Source: Catajapyx aquilonaris
Taxonomy: Eukaryota
Length of the DNA: 56,290 nt
Direction of reading: 5' to 3'
Assembly (NCBI GenBank): GCA_000934665.2
Contig: JYFJ02000635.1
Coordinates: 62,001 to 118,290, forward strand
A program made the position numbers and the translations under genes. Positions 1-12,700 of the stretch are shown here, piece by piece; positions within the stretch are counted from its first letter, which is position 1; each line of letters starts with the position of its first letter. Under the pieces are notes generated by a model that was not told the origin of the DNA, did no database searches, and worked only from the letters and a program-made list of their open reading frames with translations.

Positions 1-3000
1 GGCTTTTACTAATGAGTCTCTTTGGGGGTTTATCTGCATGCTTTATCTGCTTTTCGGGTTGTGTACATATGAAGGGATGGCCAAGGCACTTTGTGTGGCG
101 ATTTATCATGCTTTAGTTCGAGTTAAGCTATTGCTTTGCAGAAATTACTGCATATGCTAAGTACTGTAAGTGCTTCTGACAAGCAGGTGTTTTAGAACGT
201 ACTTTTGGATAGTGTTAAGCAGGGGCAATGTTAGTTGTATAAGTGGGTTTCACTGTTGACGGTGTGTACACTAATTGTTGCCAGCAGTTAATAACATGGA
301 AAAACCACTTATATAAACGTGCAGCCCGGACTAAATATGTATGCATGTTTTCAATAGTACAACCCTAGCATTACAATATCAAATTTTGTCCCAAAGAGCA
401 ATAATATTTTATGACCACATACTACTCGAGTAATAAAGAGGCGGATTATTCATACAACGTATAAAGAGACAATATTTTGATCATTTGGATAGCCCTTCAC
501 GTACCAAATATTTAAAGGGGGTTATTGCTGCGAGCAGAACCCATTGACCTGCTTGGGTCTCAAAACATCAATCTTGTTAATATTCACTTTTATTATTGGA
601 AGCCATTCAGGTTTTTTCCCGGGCCCAATAAAACATTGTTTATATAGGGCCAATGTAATCAATCATTCATATAAAAAAGCGAATCATGATCAGATGTGTT
701 CCTTATCTTGGAATACATTTGCCTCGTTGTGTCTTATATTTAGTTGGGATCTTCCAATAAAATTTCTACCAAAGTGAAACGATGTGTTCCATTTGAGGTG
801 TCCGTATCTGTTATACAGTAAATCGTTAGCTGAAACAGACACCTCATTTGGAAGACACGTCTTATTTTGTGCGTTTATGTCAATTGACACTTGCCGCTTA
901 TGACATTTTAAAATATGCACCTGTGCATATATCCTCGTTTAACTACTCATGCGCAGATCCTTCTTTTGGCTGCGTATAGTCCACATTTCCCCTAATGATT
1001 CGTTTTGCAGCACGTTCTTTAGTTCAAAGTTATTCTCGTCACGCTGTGCCTGCCGGTAGCTCAGTACTCACTCCTTTAGACATTAAGATAGTTGCAACAT
1101 GAGATCTGGAATGAGCCGACTAACTAGGGACGCCTAGAGGGACATATAGTTACTGTTCGCTAATTGACCAAGTTGTTATTTTCTAAATTAGGGGAAAAAA
1201 TTGCCAACTCGTGTTGAAATGGAAATGGCAGAAGTGCGTCCCGAGGGAGAGATACACTTTGAAATAACAAAGGTCCTCGACCGGTCTTCTATTCACCCCC
1301 CCCCCCCCACTTCCATCTTTCCCTCCTCCCTCTGCCTCCTTCCTTTCGTCCTTCCAAAGTCCAAGCGAGGAGGCCTATACCCTGGGCAATTTGTAGATCC
1401 AAAAGACAGCGAACTGACCTATCCTAGTCATGCATGAAGGACTTGATAAAGGGCCCTACCTGAGGGTAGATGGGGGAGGAAGAGCATTCCGAGTAATAGA
1501 AAAGAGATGGCCAATGCCAGAGAGATAATTACGGTCATCCAGGACGGCCATCTTTGCTTGGTAATCCGCCTCTGAGACACGATTTTGCCTCCAATTGGAT
1601 CCTACTCAGCAAGGTTTGCAAGTTTGACCATTTAATAATAGAAGATAGGATTTTATAGGTTTTTATGAGCCACCTACATTGGATGTTGATTAATAATTAA
1701 TATTATTTCAATTATATATTCACTTCCCATCACTTGCTTCATTAGACATTAATGGAATGTGACCAATTCAAAATGTGGCATCTGCCCTTTGCCTGGCAGA
1801 GAGGATTGTTGGCATGCGGGTAACTGTCTGACAATAGCCGCGCAGTTAGAGGTAAAAGAAGCGTGATTGTTGCCTTTTCATTCCCGATCAATCAATCAGA
1901 CCCCTTCCTGTCTGCGTTACATCCGACTTGCTCTTATCCCAAATTGGCGCCTAAAAGCCTTTCCTCGTAACAGTTCCGTTATAATTATCCTTAGGAAATT
2001 TTAATTTTTTTTTCTTCTCCCCAATGAGTTATGCTCAGTTGTGTGCTATCTGCTCACTTTTGAACTCGACCGTTACATATATGATCGATCACTTTCTCCT
2101 GGGAGGCGGGTTTCTGCTTGCAGGTTCCAGGATCGCAACAAAGGAAATCAGCGATGTCATCCCCACGTTGGACCATCTGGATAAGACAACAATGATTGAT
2201 GACAAAAACAGGCCGATATCATCACATACCTGAAACTAATGCAGAGCCCCTCTTTGTAGCCGAATGGCTTCAGATGAAATGATCGGCCACATACTTTCTC
2301 CCTGTTATTGATATCTGGACGCCAGGCGTGACTAGGCAACTTCTTACCCCCGCCCAACTGAAAAATCGAGAAATAGTGACAATGCAGGTCGGGTTTCACA
2401 AAAGAGGAAACTACGATCTAGTTTAGAACCCATTATTGGTGGCCCGTTAGGTCATCCAGGCATCACATTCATACGCATGCTCCTAAACTGTAAAAATAGG
2501 GAGCGAATTGTGAGAAGGGGGTAGAAATCTTGAAAGTGGAATTTGATCCCAATCCGTGACATCACTGGCGTTCCATTGGTACCCCCTTTGTTGTCGCACT
2601 TTTTTTTTTTTTACAGATGTGAAAAATCGGACCGTTATGAGAAAGAGATCGGATCGTCAATTTTGACCTGTCTCTAGACGCTCATAGAAGTTATTCCCAC
2701 ACTCCAGATTGAATGAAAGAATTACGTGGAGGTGAGATGTAGTGCGCAACTTTGGCATGTTTCACTTTCTGATCAAAAGTCATAATATTTTACTGGGTCA
2801 CGTACAGTCGGAAGCATGAAGATGTGGACGGTAGACCCGAGTAAGAGCTTTGGTATTATATTAAATTAAACTCATCATGAATGAATGAATATAGATATTC
2901 ATATAGAAAGTGATGCGTTTAATTACAGGTATAATACCAAAGCTCTTTACTACTGTAGATCTACAGTAGTAAAATAAAAATTTACATGCGAATATTGTGG

Positions 3001-6000
3001 GGTTTCTCTTACTCTCACTGACGCAAAAAAAAATCAGCTTCATGGCCATGAACAATAATTTTGCACGTTTATCACTTTTGTTTATTGTTCTGCAACATTT
3101 CGCCTTATTGTTGCCGTAGATTGTGCTACATCTGTCACATACAATAATTACATGGAATTCCTTCCCCGCCTTGAAACATCCAATCTCGTTTCCCAATGCG
3201 CAAGTCAGCTACAGGGGTTTTATGGCGGAAATTGCTTAAGTACGACGTTGTTTCATCGTAAAACCCGAGACTATCTGAATATGATATATATTTTTCTTTT
3301 ACTTCTCTTGCACACTTTGCATTTGCATTTGCTTCCTGGTTACCTGCCCCCCTGGCTATGCGATTATTGTTGTCCGTAAAAACTGAGCTGCAGGAATTTG
3401 GTTTCCAAGGCTGGCAATCGGTAGCCAAACATTCGCTACTTCACCGAGGTCATGCACCGCACACCCGTACATGTGACATGGCCCCCTACTAAAAGTAAAG
3501 AAAACTACAGCCACAACACAACGCTCGTTACCATACCCAATATTATGATAACAAGTCGTAACATTGGGCATTCAATATTCAGGAGAGGACAACAATTCTT
3601 CTTCCTCTTTATTCATCACCCTACACTCAGTATTGGGCATCTGCCACTCACCCATGACTTGTTTATTGAATCGGGTCTTCGATTAGGGTTGATTGAAAGA
3701 CGCAATAATGGCGCCATTCTTGGACGGGGTCATCGACGGGGTTATCAGTAAAGATTTGTCATTATTGCAGCTCGGTTGGTGCAGTAAGCTGCAAAAGGGC
3801 GCGGTTTATGCCAATTTGGTCGAGTCCTGACCCGTCGAGTATGCGTTCAGGTCGTTACACCCGTGGTCGCGACAGTGACAACCTCGTAACTGGCCAGGTC
3901 ACTTTTTTTTGTGAGTCTTAATCTTTGTGTGTGTGTTAAGTCTGTGTGTATGGCAAAGGGTGACATTGGAGCTTACTTTGATGGGGTGTCGGAGTAAGGA
4001 ACGTAAATCACCGCCTTCTGCATCTCCCAAATATATAAATAGAGGCCTGGCCCAACTTGTCACGGGCGGGTTAAGGTCAGCATTGTCATGCTGGATGCAT
4101 ATGGGCCAGGATAAAAGGCAGGTTCGGAGCTAGCGGGGGGGCAGCCACCCAAGCTGGAGGACCCTTAAGCGCCCCTCATGACTGATAATAATTATATAGT
4201 GCATCTTTGAGCATAATACTTGCAACCAATATCACGCTCGAGCAGTCCCCGCCTTCATAACTCATTAATCGCTCTGGAGTCTCTTCCGGCAGCAGCCAAG
4301 CAGATGGTGTTTTCAGTCCCTGCGGGCGTGATCTCAATGGTCAAGTGGACTCGAGTTCCACGTGACCTTTTGCGGACCTACCAGGACAACAATCGGGCCA
4401 AAATACTGACCAGCTTTAAAGATTTGTTCTGTTGTACCGTTGTCAGTGCTGCAAAAGCTGGAGGATCACGTTCCAGCCAGAAGCACAATGGGCACCAATC
4501 AGATTTTCCAATGGCCATAAGAAAGCATTCTCTATCTGGAAGAGCTCTTTTTTGCGCTCAATAGAAGCGTCGACATAGCAACTTCCGCCATTTTTGATGG
4601 GGGCGTCTTTTTCATAGGTGCACGTTGTCCTCTTCGCGCGTTCAAGTCTCCCATCTTTCAGCTGGTGCTCCTCATGTTTCAGACGGTGGTAATGCGACAC
4701 TTTTTTTGGGGGATGGGGGGGGGGGGGTGAATACTTGAGGGTTCTCTATGGGGAAGCTGAGAGCTGCAGCATGTATAGCTCCTAAATCGCTTTATAGGGA
4801 CATTTTAATCTTATTCCAAAATCTTGGAAGAGCATTTTGTGTGGAGAGACAGGAGAACTTCACGCTTTGACGTGGTTTATTCTTTGGTGTGTGGGAATGT
4901 TGCGGCCTTTTTTATTATTAGACACAAGAGTGGATTTTCCCACTAGTGTCGTACTGTACGTACTGTAGATTGAATGATTTTCCCTTTGATTGTGTCGATA
5001 TTGTACAAAATATGACTCATTTTTGGTGGTATGATTGTTTCTAACAGACACTGAAAACAGCATTTAAAATAATGCACCTCATTAATTAAGAAGGGGGAGA
5101 AACCTAGACTATAATATTAAACGGGGCAATATAAATCGGTTGACGGAACTATTGACGAATTGCAATATTGTTTTCGAAGAATTTCAACCTTGACATTTTT
5201 AACCATACACCCTTTTCCCGTAACCTTGCAGATAAAGCAATTCGTGCCGGTCCAAGGCGCTTATGGCTTAATTATCAACAAGGCAATCAAGCGCTCTACC
5301 TAAGCAGCCAGTGATACCTTCTTATCTAACAAGTTAATGCGTTCGTTTTAGCAAGTGACTCCATACAGCACACTTTCATTCAAAATGCAATGAAACCCAG
5401 ACCACTTCATTCATCCAGTTAAGGAAGAAAAATAATTATGTCTCCTTATTAGTAGAAAACTATTCAATATTTGCATAAGCTGTGGGGCTTTTTTACTTTA
5501 AATTAAATACATTATAGGAAGGATATTTTGGTGCAAAAATGTCTGTATATCAGCGGTTAAGCCTAATTATCACGACCAATGGCAATTCTGAATGGTGTTT
5601 TACTCTAATTTGCGGTGTCATATTTTCCAAACACCCTGTAGAGTCTGAAGAGGGCCATGCTCGGAGTCGGACAATCGGTTGAACCAGCAGGTTGAATCTG
5701 ATAAGTTTTTATCATAATTTTGTGCCCATCGGGTCCACATTATATTTCTCAAGATGACTACCAATCAGATCAGAGAACGCCCAATCGCGGTTACCTTGGC
5801 GGTTAGCTCCGGGAGAAAAAAAAGGTGTTTTGAGCAATAAATAGCCGTATCCACAGCCATGAAAAAAGTTTTATTAAGCCGCGAAAAAACCTTTCCCCTA
5901 TCATCCACAAAATATTACACATGGTTTTTGTATACATCCAAGGATTTTAAAAATCAATCCCCCTTATTTTTTTATATACATTAAAATCCATCACATGTAG

Positions 6001-7844
6001 GGACAGGGTCAGTGGGAAAAAGGTGCACGGTGTGTGCCCAGGTTGTGTGGGAGCGGCCCCAGCAAAAGAGCTAGATACCCCCCCATGGTCNCACGAGCAA
6101 AACCCTCCTCCACCTTGAGAAGGGGCCCTGCAACTGCAAGCACAACCATTCTTCGTGCTTCTCTTCTCTTCTGAGTCGCACTCGAGTGTATGTGTGTGTT
6201 GGCTGAACGGACTTTTGCTGCTGAGGGTTTGTCTTATTCGACGGTGGTTGTATCTCCCGGCCTCAAGTTTGAAGGCTGGCGAAGACATGGAGGAACTGAT
6301 TAGTATGTGGGAGGAGAAGGAGGAGGAGGGGTGACAGGTTGGTTGGGGGACTTGCTTCAGGTGCGTGTCAACATGTGGAACGTGCTCAACGTGGTCAAGT
6401 TGCTCAGGAAGCCATCTAAGAGGTGGGTGCATCCAATCACACATTCAACATGGTGAAATGTATATCATTTGATTTGCTAATGAATTTTGCGTGTACAATA
6501 TTAACAAGGTGTTTCGTAATAATACGGTATGTACAAATGTATTGGAAGACAATGTTTAGCCATTATATTGTCTCTTAAAATAAGTTCTACCTTTTTATTA
6601 CCAGGTGCGATTTTTTGAAACCACTTTTACAGGCTACAATTACAATATTTTTTGAACTTTGAACCTACCAACCTTTATTGCCTCGTCAGCACCGCCATAA
6701 ACGAATCCCATGCTGTATATATCCGTGGGGCAAAATTGCACTTGCGAAATTTCCGAGATCCTGAACCAATTTGAACGGCGCCACCACGAACCTTGAGAAA
6801 GTGCTAAAAGGAAACGTCCCTCTTTTGAAATCCCCTCTTCTCCCCCCCNCCCCCCTGATTCAGCTCCTGACCATATCAATCCCTATCCTTGAGCCTCGCC
6901 CAATCCATGGTATCTGTCATCACGGACCCCGCGCGACACTCAAATCAAGCCCGACATGGGACATTCACTTGAGACCCTTTCCACTAACAAAGGGTTCCCC
7001 AAAAAAGTACTCAGAATTTAAATCGAAGACCACCAACCTTACGATAATGTGGAATGCGTGGTTCGTTTTTTTTTTCTTTGAAGGTGGAAGATGTTAGCCA
7101 GGATCACGAATCTCTTTCCTGCTGGGATATAACTGTATATGACGTCGTACTTATCAGTACGTTCTGTTGACGATCTGCGGAAGTCTTCCTGTAACAGGCC
7201 GTTACCGCCATTGTGTTGAGCTGAGGGGAAAATCGGCCGCGAAATTGCACATTGCATTCTTCCTGCATATGGTTCCCAATATTTGGGTGCAGTTTGACCC
7301 CCACGTCAGTTTGACATGTCTTTGCGTAACCTGCAACCCGTTGCTGTGGTAGGGTGCTGCCGATAAATGATTGGAGGGACTGGAAGTGAGCAACCTGTCG
7401 GTCGTGACCCGAACATTATTCGAAGCAATATATATCCAGCCAGCCAACGAGCGATCTTTGGCGGATGTTGGCGATAAGAATGGCAGCAACAGAAAAGCGA
7501 TGGTCCCTCCAGAAGGACATTACCCCTAAACCCTTCCAGTCCCACCATCCAAGGTCAGAAACGGGTTGTTAGGTGCAGGCAGGCTTCTCGGATGGGGCGC
7601 TATCGAAATTACCAGCATTCACGAACAGGCACGCCCCCCTCCTCCCCCTCCCTCACCTCTCTTCAAATAAGGGGGAGGAAGAAGGCGAATTTTTCTACAG
7701 CGGCCGGTAGATGTAGCAGTAGGGAATCAGCGACATCTGCTGAAGGAATCAGAATTAGCCATGGAGCATTTAGTCTCATACAACGACTGAAACTTCATGG
7801 TTGCACCTCCTCCATAAAATTCTTTGGCTAGCGTAGGTTAACGC

Positions 7845-8766
7845 GGCACCACAGACGGGTGGCTGGGGGCAGTGACTGTGTCGCAAAAACGGAGCAGGCA
7901 GGCTGAAGGATAGGCGTGTATCTGCTGAAGATAGGTCTGTATCCGCAAGGAAGGAAGGTTAGGTTAGGGTGGTACAGCATACCCCGGAAAGAGTAATCCC
8001 TACTGGCGTACGGGAGGCGGCAGGGTGACTGGTGGCTGGGGGCAGCTTGGCTGTGTCGCAAAGGCAAGGATGCAAGGATTGATTTTTTGGATTTTGGAAG
8101 GGGTATGCTGTACCAACCTAACCTTCCTTCCTTGCGGATACAAGCCTATCTTCTGCCATACAGACCTATCTTCAGCAGATACATGCCCATCCTTTATCCT
8201 TGCCTTTGCGACACAGCCCGCTGTCCCCACCGACTACTACCCTCCCGCCTCCCTCACGCCAGTAAGGCCAACTCTATCCATTACGAAATCAAAAAAAAAA
8301 TCAATACTTGCAGCCACGACCATAGAAGATAAGGTCTGGACACTCCCACCTACCCCCTGCCGACGAGTTTTGCAGAAGGTGCTCACTTGAGAGCGCCATG
8401 AGACATTTCACTCTCCGTTTAACTGGCGAGCCTACCGGACTAACGCTGAACTTTATAGGTACAAAACCGCGTACAAAACTAACAAAAGGGAAGCGCTACA
8501 CTGGTGGACCCAACATGGTCGCCGGCGGCCATTTTGTGCCCGCATGTAGCGCTTCCTTTTTGTACCTATAAAGTTCAGCGTTAGTCCGGTATGGTCGCCA
8601 GTTAAACGGAGAGTGAAATGTCTCAAGTGAGCACCTTCTGCAAAACGCGTCGGCAGGTGATAACAGCAGAAGGTAGTATGAGTGTCCGGGGGCTGCTTGC
8701 AGCCTTGCGTTTGCGACACAGCCACTGCCCCCGTCCACTACTCGCCCTCCCGACTTTTGCGGTGCC
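7845..8766. repeat. Rearranged modular fold-back repeat (copies of one ~165-bp unit in both orientations)
   Basis: 7858-7985 (ggtggctgggggcag..ctgtgtcgcaaa..gtatctgctgaagataggtctgtatccgcaaggaaggaaggttagg..ggtacagcatacccc) is the reverse complement of about 8100-8231. 8001-8071 is the reverse complement of about 8196-8264. A further reverse copy of the ctgtgtcgcaaa module lies at about 8703-8738. The block is bounded by GGCACC (7845) and GGTGCC (8761-8766). Confidence 0.8.
8356..8657. mobile_element. Palindromic fold-back element (MITE-like), nested in the 7845-8766 repeat
   Basis: Left arm 8356-8500 (cctgccgacg..ttttgcagaaggtgctcacttgaga..catttcactctccgtttaactggcga..ccggactaacgctgaactttataggtacaaaa..ggaagcgctaca) pairs with right arm 8545-8657 around a 44-nt loop. 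The left arm carries two short insertions. No TSD identified. Confidence 0.85.
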
Positions 8767-8798
8767 TCTCTTCCCTACTTCTTCCTTATACTAATATA

Positions 8799-9031
8799 CC
8801 GGGTATTTCAAATTCGTGGGTCGTTTTTAAATAACTATGATATTGCTCGATGGTAGTTATTTTTATAGCTTGTTGTGCCCCTAACCAGGTGCACCATCCT
8901 ATAGCAACTGCTATATTCGACCCCCTGGGAATAATGGGGAGCCTAGATCGGGGCACAACAAGATACACAAAAATAACTACTATCGGGTGATATCAGTTAT
9001 AAAAAACGACTCACGAATTTGGAACACCCAG
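8799..9031. mobile_element. Tc1/mariner-type MITE, 233 bp, long TIRs, TA TSD
   Basis: TA|CCGGGTATTTCAAATTCGTGGGTCGTTTTT... versus ...AAAAAACGACTCACGAATTTGGAACACCCAG|TA. The inverted match extends about 80 bp (to cttgttgtgcccc / ggggcacaacaag). TA flanks and CAGGGTG-like termini are typical of Tc1/mariner non-autonomous elements. Confidence 0.85.
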
Positions 9032-9102
9032 TAGGTATTCACAATACAATATACATGATCTGAATTATTCTGAAATTTTCTCATTTGTGTTCATGAAATG
9101 TA

Positions 9103-9413
9103 TGGAAAACCTTGCCCCCACAACAGTTGCTCTCACAACAGTCGGAGTTAAAGGCCACTTTGGATATAATAGACCAGAGTCCCACGCCAGATGATTTAAC
9201 GACCTTTACGAGTACATCAATTTAACGACTTTTACCGTCAATTTTACGTCAGTTAAGTATAACGACTATTATACCATTGAGGCAATATTTTGACGTGAAA
9301 TTAACGTAAAGGTCGTTAAAATAACGACACTAGGGATCATCTGGCGTGGGACTCTGGTCTGTTATATCCAAAGTGGCCTTTAACTCCGACTGTTGTGGGG
9401 GCAAGGTTTTCCA
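9103..9413. mobile_element. Fold-back MITE with ~80-bp near-perfect TIRs and an inner inverted repeat, TA-flanked
   Basis: TA|TGGAAAACCTTGCCCCCACAACAGT..CGGAGTTAAAGGCCACTTTGGATATAA.AGACCAGAGTCCCACGCCAGATGAT (9101-9195) is the reverse complement of 9336-9415. Inner perfect 16-bp inverted repeat tttaacgacctttacg (9195-9210) / cgtaaaggtcgttaaa (9305-9320). Several AACGAC motifs inside. Confidence 0.88.
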
Positions 9414-9494
9414 TATGCTATACTTGCAATTGGCCCTTAGGCCCAGATAAATGCAAATGAAGCTCAATTTTGAATTATAAGTGTTCATATTGTA

Positions 9495-9708
9495 CAGGGT
9501 GTTCCAAATGAATGATGTTAACTGTTAGCGATTTTCGCATTAAGCTGCTTATTTTAAACAGTTTTATAGGCCATCAACAAGTTGTAGTGTGGGTCCATCA
9601 TTTTTAAAGTCTGCAAAACCTGCTAATAATACTTTTGATAGCCATTTAAAATAACTGCTTTTAATTATGCAGCTTAGCCACTGTGGTCATTGCAATTGGG
9701 ACACCCTG
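9495..9708. mobile_element. Tc1/mariner-type MITE, 214 bp, short TIRs, TA TSD
   Basis: TA|CAGGGTGTTCCAAATGAATGA ... TCATTGCAATTGGGACACCCTG|TA. Termini share the CAGGGTGTTCCAA core with the 8799-9031 element; no obvious interior match between them. Confidence 0.85.
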
Positions 9709-12700
9709 TATAATCGGCGATTTTTTTCCAAACTTGACTTGATGCAACCGTCCCTTACCAACCCAGTTCATGCATTGTTGTGCCAGATGTAGCAACGTGT
9801 CAGGTCAAAACCTCCCGTTTTGCTCACACTTTGACCCCTGCAGTTGCCGTACGTGTCCCCAACTGGGTCACTAGTCGCTTCAGTGACTCAAGATTCTCCC
9901 TGCCCTCCCCCCTCCCATTCCTAGCAGGTACCACATCCTTCCATTGTTGGTACCTGGGGGTTGAGCCCCTCCAAAAAACAAAAAAAAAGTGCTGATTTGA
10001 TTCTCACCGCTCTGTTCTCACAGGGGGCCTGGGAACAAACCCTTTTGCGGGGATGGACGGATTCGCACTCTTGCAGAACACAAAGTATTTTTTTTGGACA
10101 CTTGCATTTTTTCTACCTGGCCACAAACCTGATCGGTGCAGGTGCGTTAATAGCCAAGATTTAGCGCCATTTTTTTCAAAAAAAAAAATCCAGGCTTACC
10201 TTGGCATCATGTTGCGTGCCTGATGTTTTGAAAAGGCACAGGCCTAATTATAAGCTACTGTGGTTTAAGCTTGGGGAAAACCTATCAATGAGGAAGTGCA
10301 TAGCTTCGTTTCCTTCTAAGATACAACCTCTTCTGAAACGTGTAGGGTATGCAACACATACACGGTCCTCCCACGCGAGGTTTACCACAACAGGATTAAC
10401 AGACGTGATGTGCTGCATGGAACCTGAAGCCAAGTTGTTAGTTTCTGGACAGGAAGTATCCTGTACTGATGGGCACAAATATTTGAACATGAAAGGTTAT
10501 CCCCATGATACATATTAAATATTTAAAAATTAAATCTGCGTAATACGGTTTAAAAAAAATAAAATCAGTATACCTGGCATGGCGTCATGCAATTTATTGG
10601 CACTCGCCGCCAAAAGCCACCGGACTGGCTCAAATTTTTTTGCCATTTTTTGATTGCCCAGCAATAAATCTTAGGGTTGGGCACGCGAAAAATGAAATCC
10701 AAGCATAAGCTTTGCCTACCCCTTCCACCCCTTGATAGATGGAGCGGCGAATGGATGCTGGATAATGGCTGGAAATAACTTGCCCTGGAATTACAGGCTG
10801 GAGGACAGTCCAGAGGGGGGAGGGGGTGCAGGGGGTAGGGAAGGGAAGGGTTGCAATCATGTAGAATTACGGCACGGGTTGTTGGTCCGTCCCTTTTTCG
10901 CCCACTACCGTGTAAAAAGGTCATTGGACACTGAGGCTTGTGGGCAAGGTGGCCATCTCTCGTGTGACCCCGACTGCGAAAAGAATTCAGGAGATCTGAT
11001 TTCGTGAAAAGGGTGGAGACATACCCTATCTCTTTTCAGGGGAGAGCGGCCGTTCATCTACATGTGGGCTGCATCAGGTGTACACACACACACAAATGGC
11101 TCGAGTGGAGTGACCATAAGTGATTGTGCATGGCGCCTGCTAAGAATAAGGTGCTAAGTCATCTCGTCAGAATGTAAAACGTGGCTGGGATGTTGGCTAA
11201 TATCGTGGACATACAGGAGAAATTCACAAACTCGTCCTATTTTGGCCATTTTGAGTTATTTACACCAAAGTATAGCTAATTGCAAGCCATGATTTTCTGT
11301 ATTCAAGAGCATGTAAGCATGTGCTTTGGATTATCTCAAAACGTGTTTTTTGGACTGTGGATTTCTACTGTATGCCCACCATATTTAATAGGTGCAGTTA
11401 ATTTGGTAGAAATATCATTATTTTATGGAACACCTACCACGTCACATATAGGGGACGGTAATTATTGTGATTCGGTGTCAGTGTTACTGCTTGCAAGAAT
11501 CGAGGTTGTAAGATACAGATCGTACTGCCCCCTTCTTCAATCCTTTTTTTTCCACAATTTTTTTGTTGTTTCGGGTCTGACATGACAGTAGCGAACTTCT
11601 CGTGAATTGCCAGCAGGCAGGCTTATTTTCTCATTAGAACCAACCTGACACCTGAGCATGATGGCCAAGACTTGTTACACACCCCACCCTCGTCCACACA
11701 TGATCATGTGTGAAAGAGCTTTTCATGTCTCCTTTTAGGTCTTCCCCTGCAGATAAGCACTTAGCACTGAGCATCAACCGGCCTTACACTGGTATTTATC
11801 CTGGGTTCTTTTGGTAGCCCGCTCATTTCAAGCAGGAAGGAGACGGGCTGCTGCATGCTGGGAGTCAAGATCCCAGCGTGAATTGACAACATTCGGATCC
11901 GTTGTTGACTGATGACCGAGGTTCATTATCGGTGGTACTCCCTGAACTTCGTGCGAAACACATTCGCACCTCTACAACCGCTATGTTCACATTTAAATGT
12001 AGTCTGCTCCTACATGCCCTAAGGTGCACAATATGTAGATTTTTTTAAATACTAATTTTAAATTATATGACAATTTTCTATTTGCGTTTATGCAAACTGG
12101 CCTTGAGCGAGTGATTTCACTTGGGCTATAAATGTAGGTACAGTCGACATTATAAAGTATCCATGTCCATCATGTTTGAATATTTGCACTGTGAATGGAC
12201 CCTTGATTTTTGATTGCGGACTATTGAGTGCCCACTTAAAAGTGGACCACACCCTTTAAAATAGGTCGCGCAAGAATGGAATCAGACAATATTGTCCTGA
12301 AAATCGACTGAACCAAGAAGGGCGGAAGGTCATTACTTGATTGTTCTATATAGGCGTGACTAGCTCATACTTTAATATTCGTACCTATAGCTTTTTTTGT
12401 AGGCGACATTAGTTTTGGTAACTTTTAAATCGATATACTGTATTTGTACCATAGCTGCAGTAACTTTTGCGTCATAATGTTTGCAATGTGTGAGTCAGTT
12501 GACCACTTCAGAAGGTAACTGCAACATATCAGTTATTTAGGGCCAGAATTTGTTCACAGTCATCAACATTGACCAGATATTCTCTCATGTTTTTTTTCCG
12601 ATGTTAGAAATCACTTATATGCATTTTTGCATCGTGCGCTAGCAGTTACAACATGGCTGCCTTTGCAAAGTGAGGTTCTGCAAGATTATGGAAATCGGAT

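Noticed and set aside
238..313. Short imperfect inverted repeat tataagtgg..ccacttata
   Set aside because: Only about 9 bp perfect and AT-rich; could be chance or an unclassifiable MITE remnant.
2617..2731. Exon-like segment (T-run + ACAG acceptor, GAG|GTGAGA donor)
   Set aside because: Stops in all three frames; at most a UTR exon, not supportable without RNA data.
4220..4700. Overlapping 114-aa and 85-aa ORFs
   Set aside because: No recognisable motif or convincing splice signals; non-ATG starts.
5947..6444. 165-aa minus-strand ORF
   Set aside because: Low-complexity purine/pyrimidine tracts, contains an ambiguous base, no domain features; likely a chance frame.
7371..7553. TRTLFEAIYIQ (vaguely like a Penelope GIY-YIG C-terminus) and an alternative phase-2 first exon MAATEKRWSLQ.. 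(7480-7553)
   Set aside because: The similarity covers only a few residues with no upstream GIY/YIG or RT motifs, and the donor GTCAGA is weak.
7828..8968. ORFs overlapping the inverted repeats
   Set aside because: Mirror-image peptides on both strands (for example NLTFLPCGY) are by-products of the palindromes.
11909..11960. CTGATGA followed by a small stem (possible hammerhead); similar cores at 44223 and 53075
   Set aside because: GAAA does not follow stem II and stems I and III cannot be formed.
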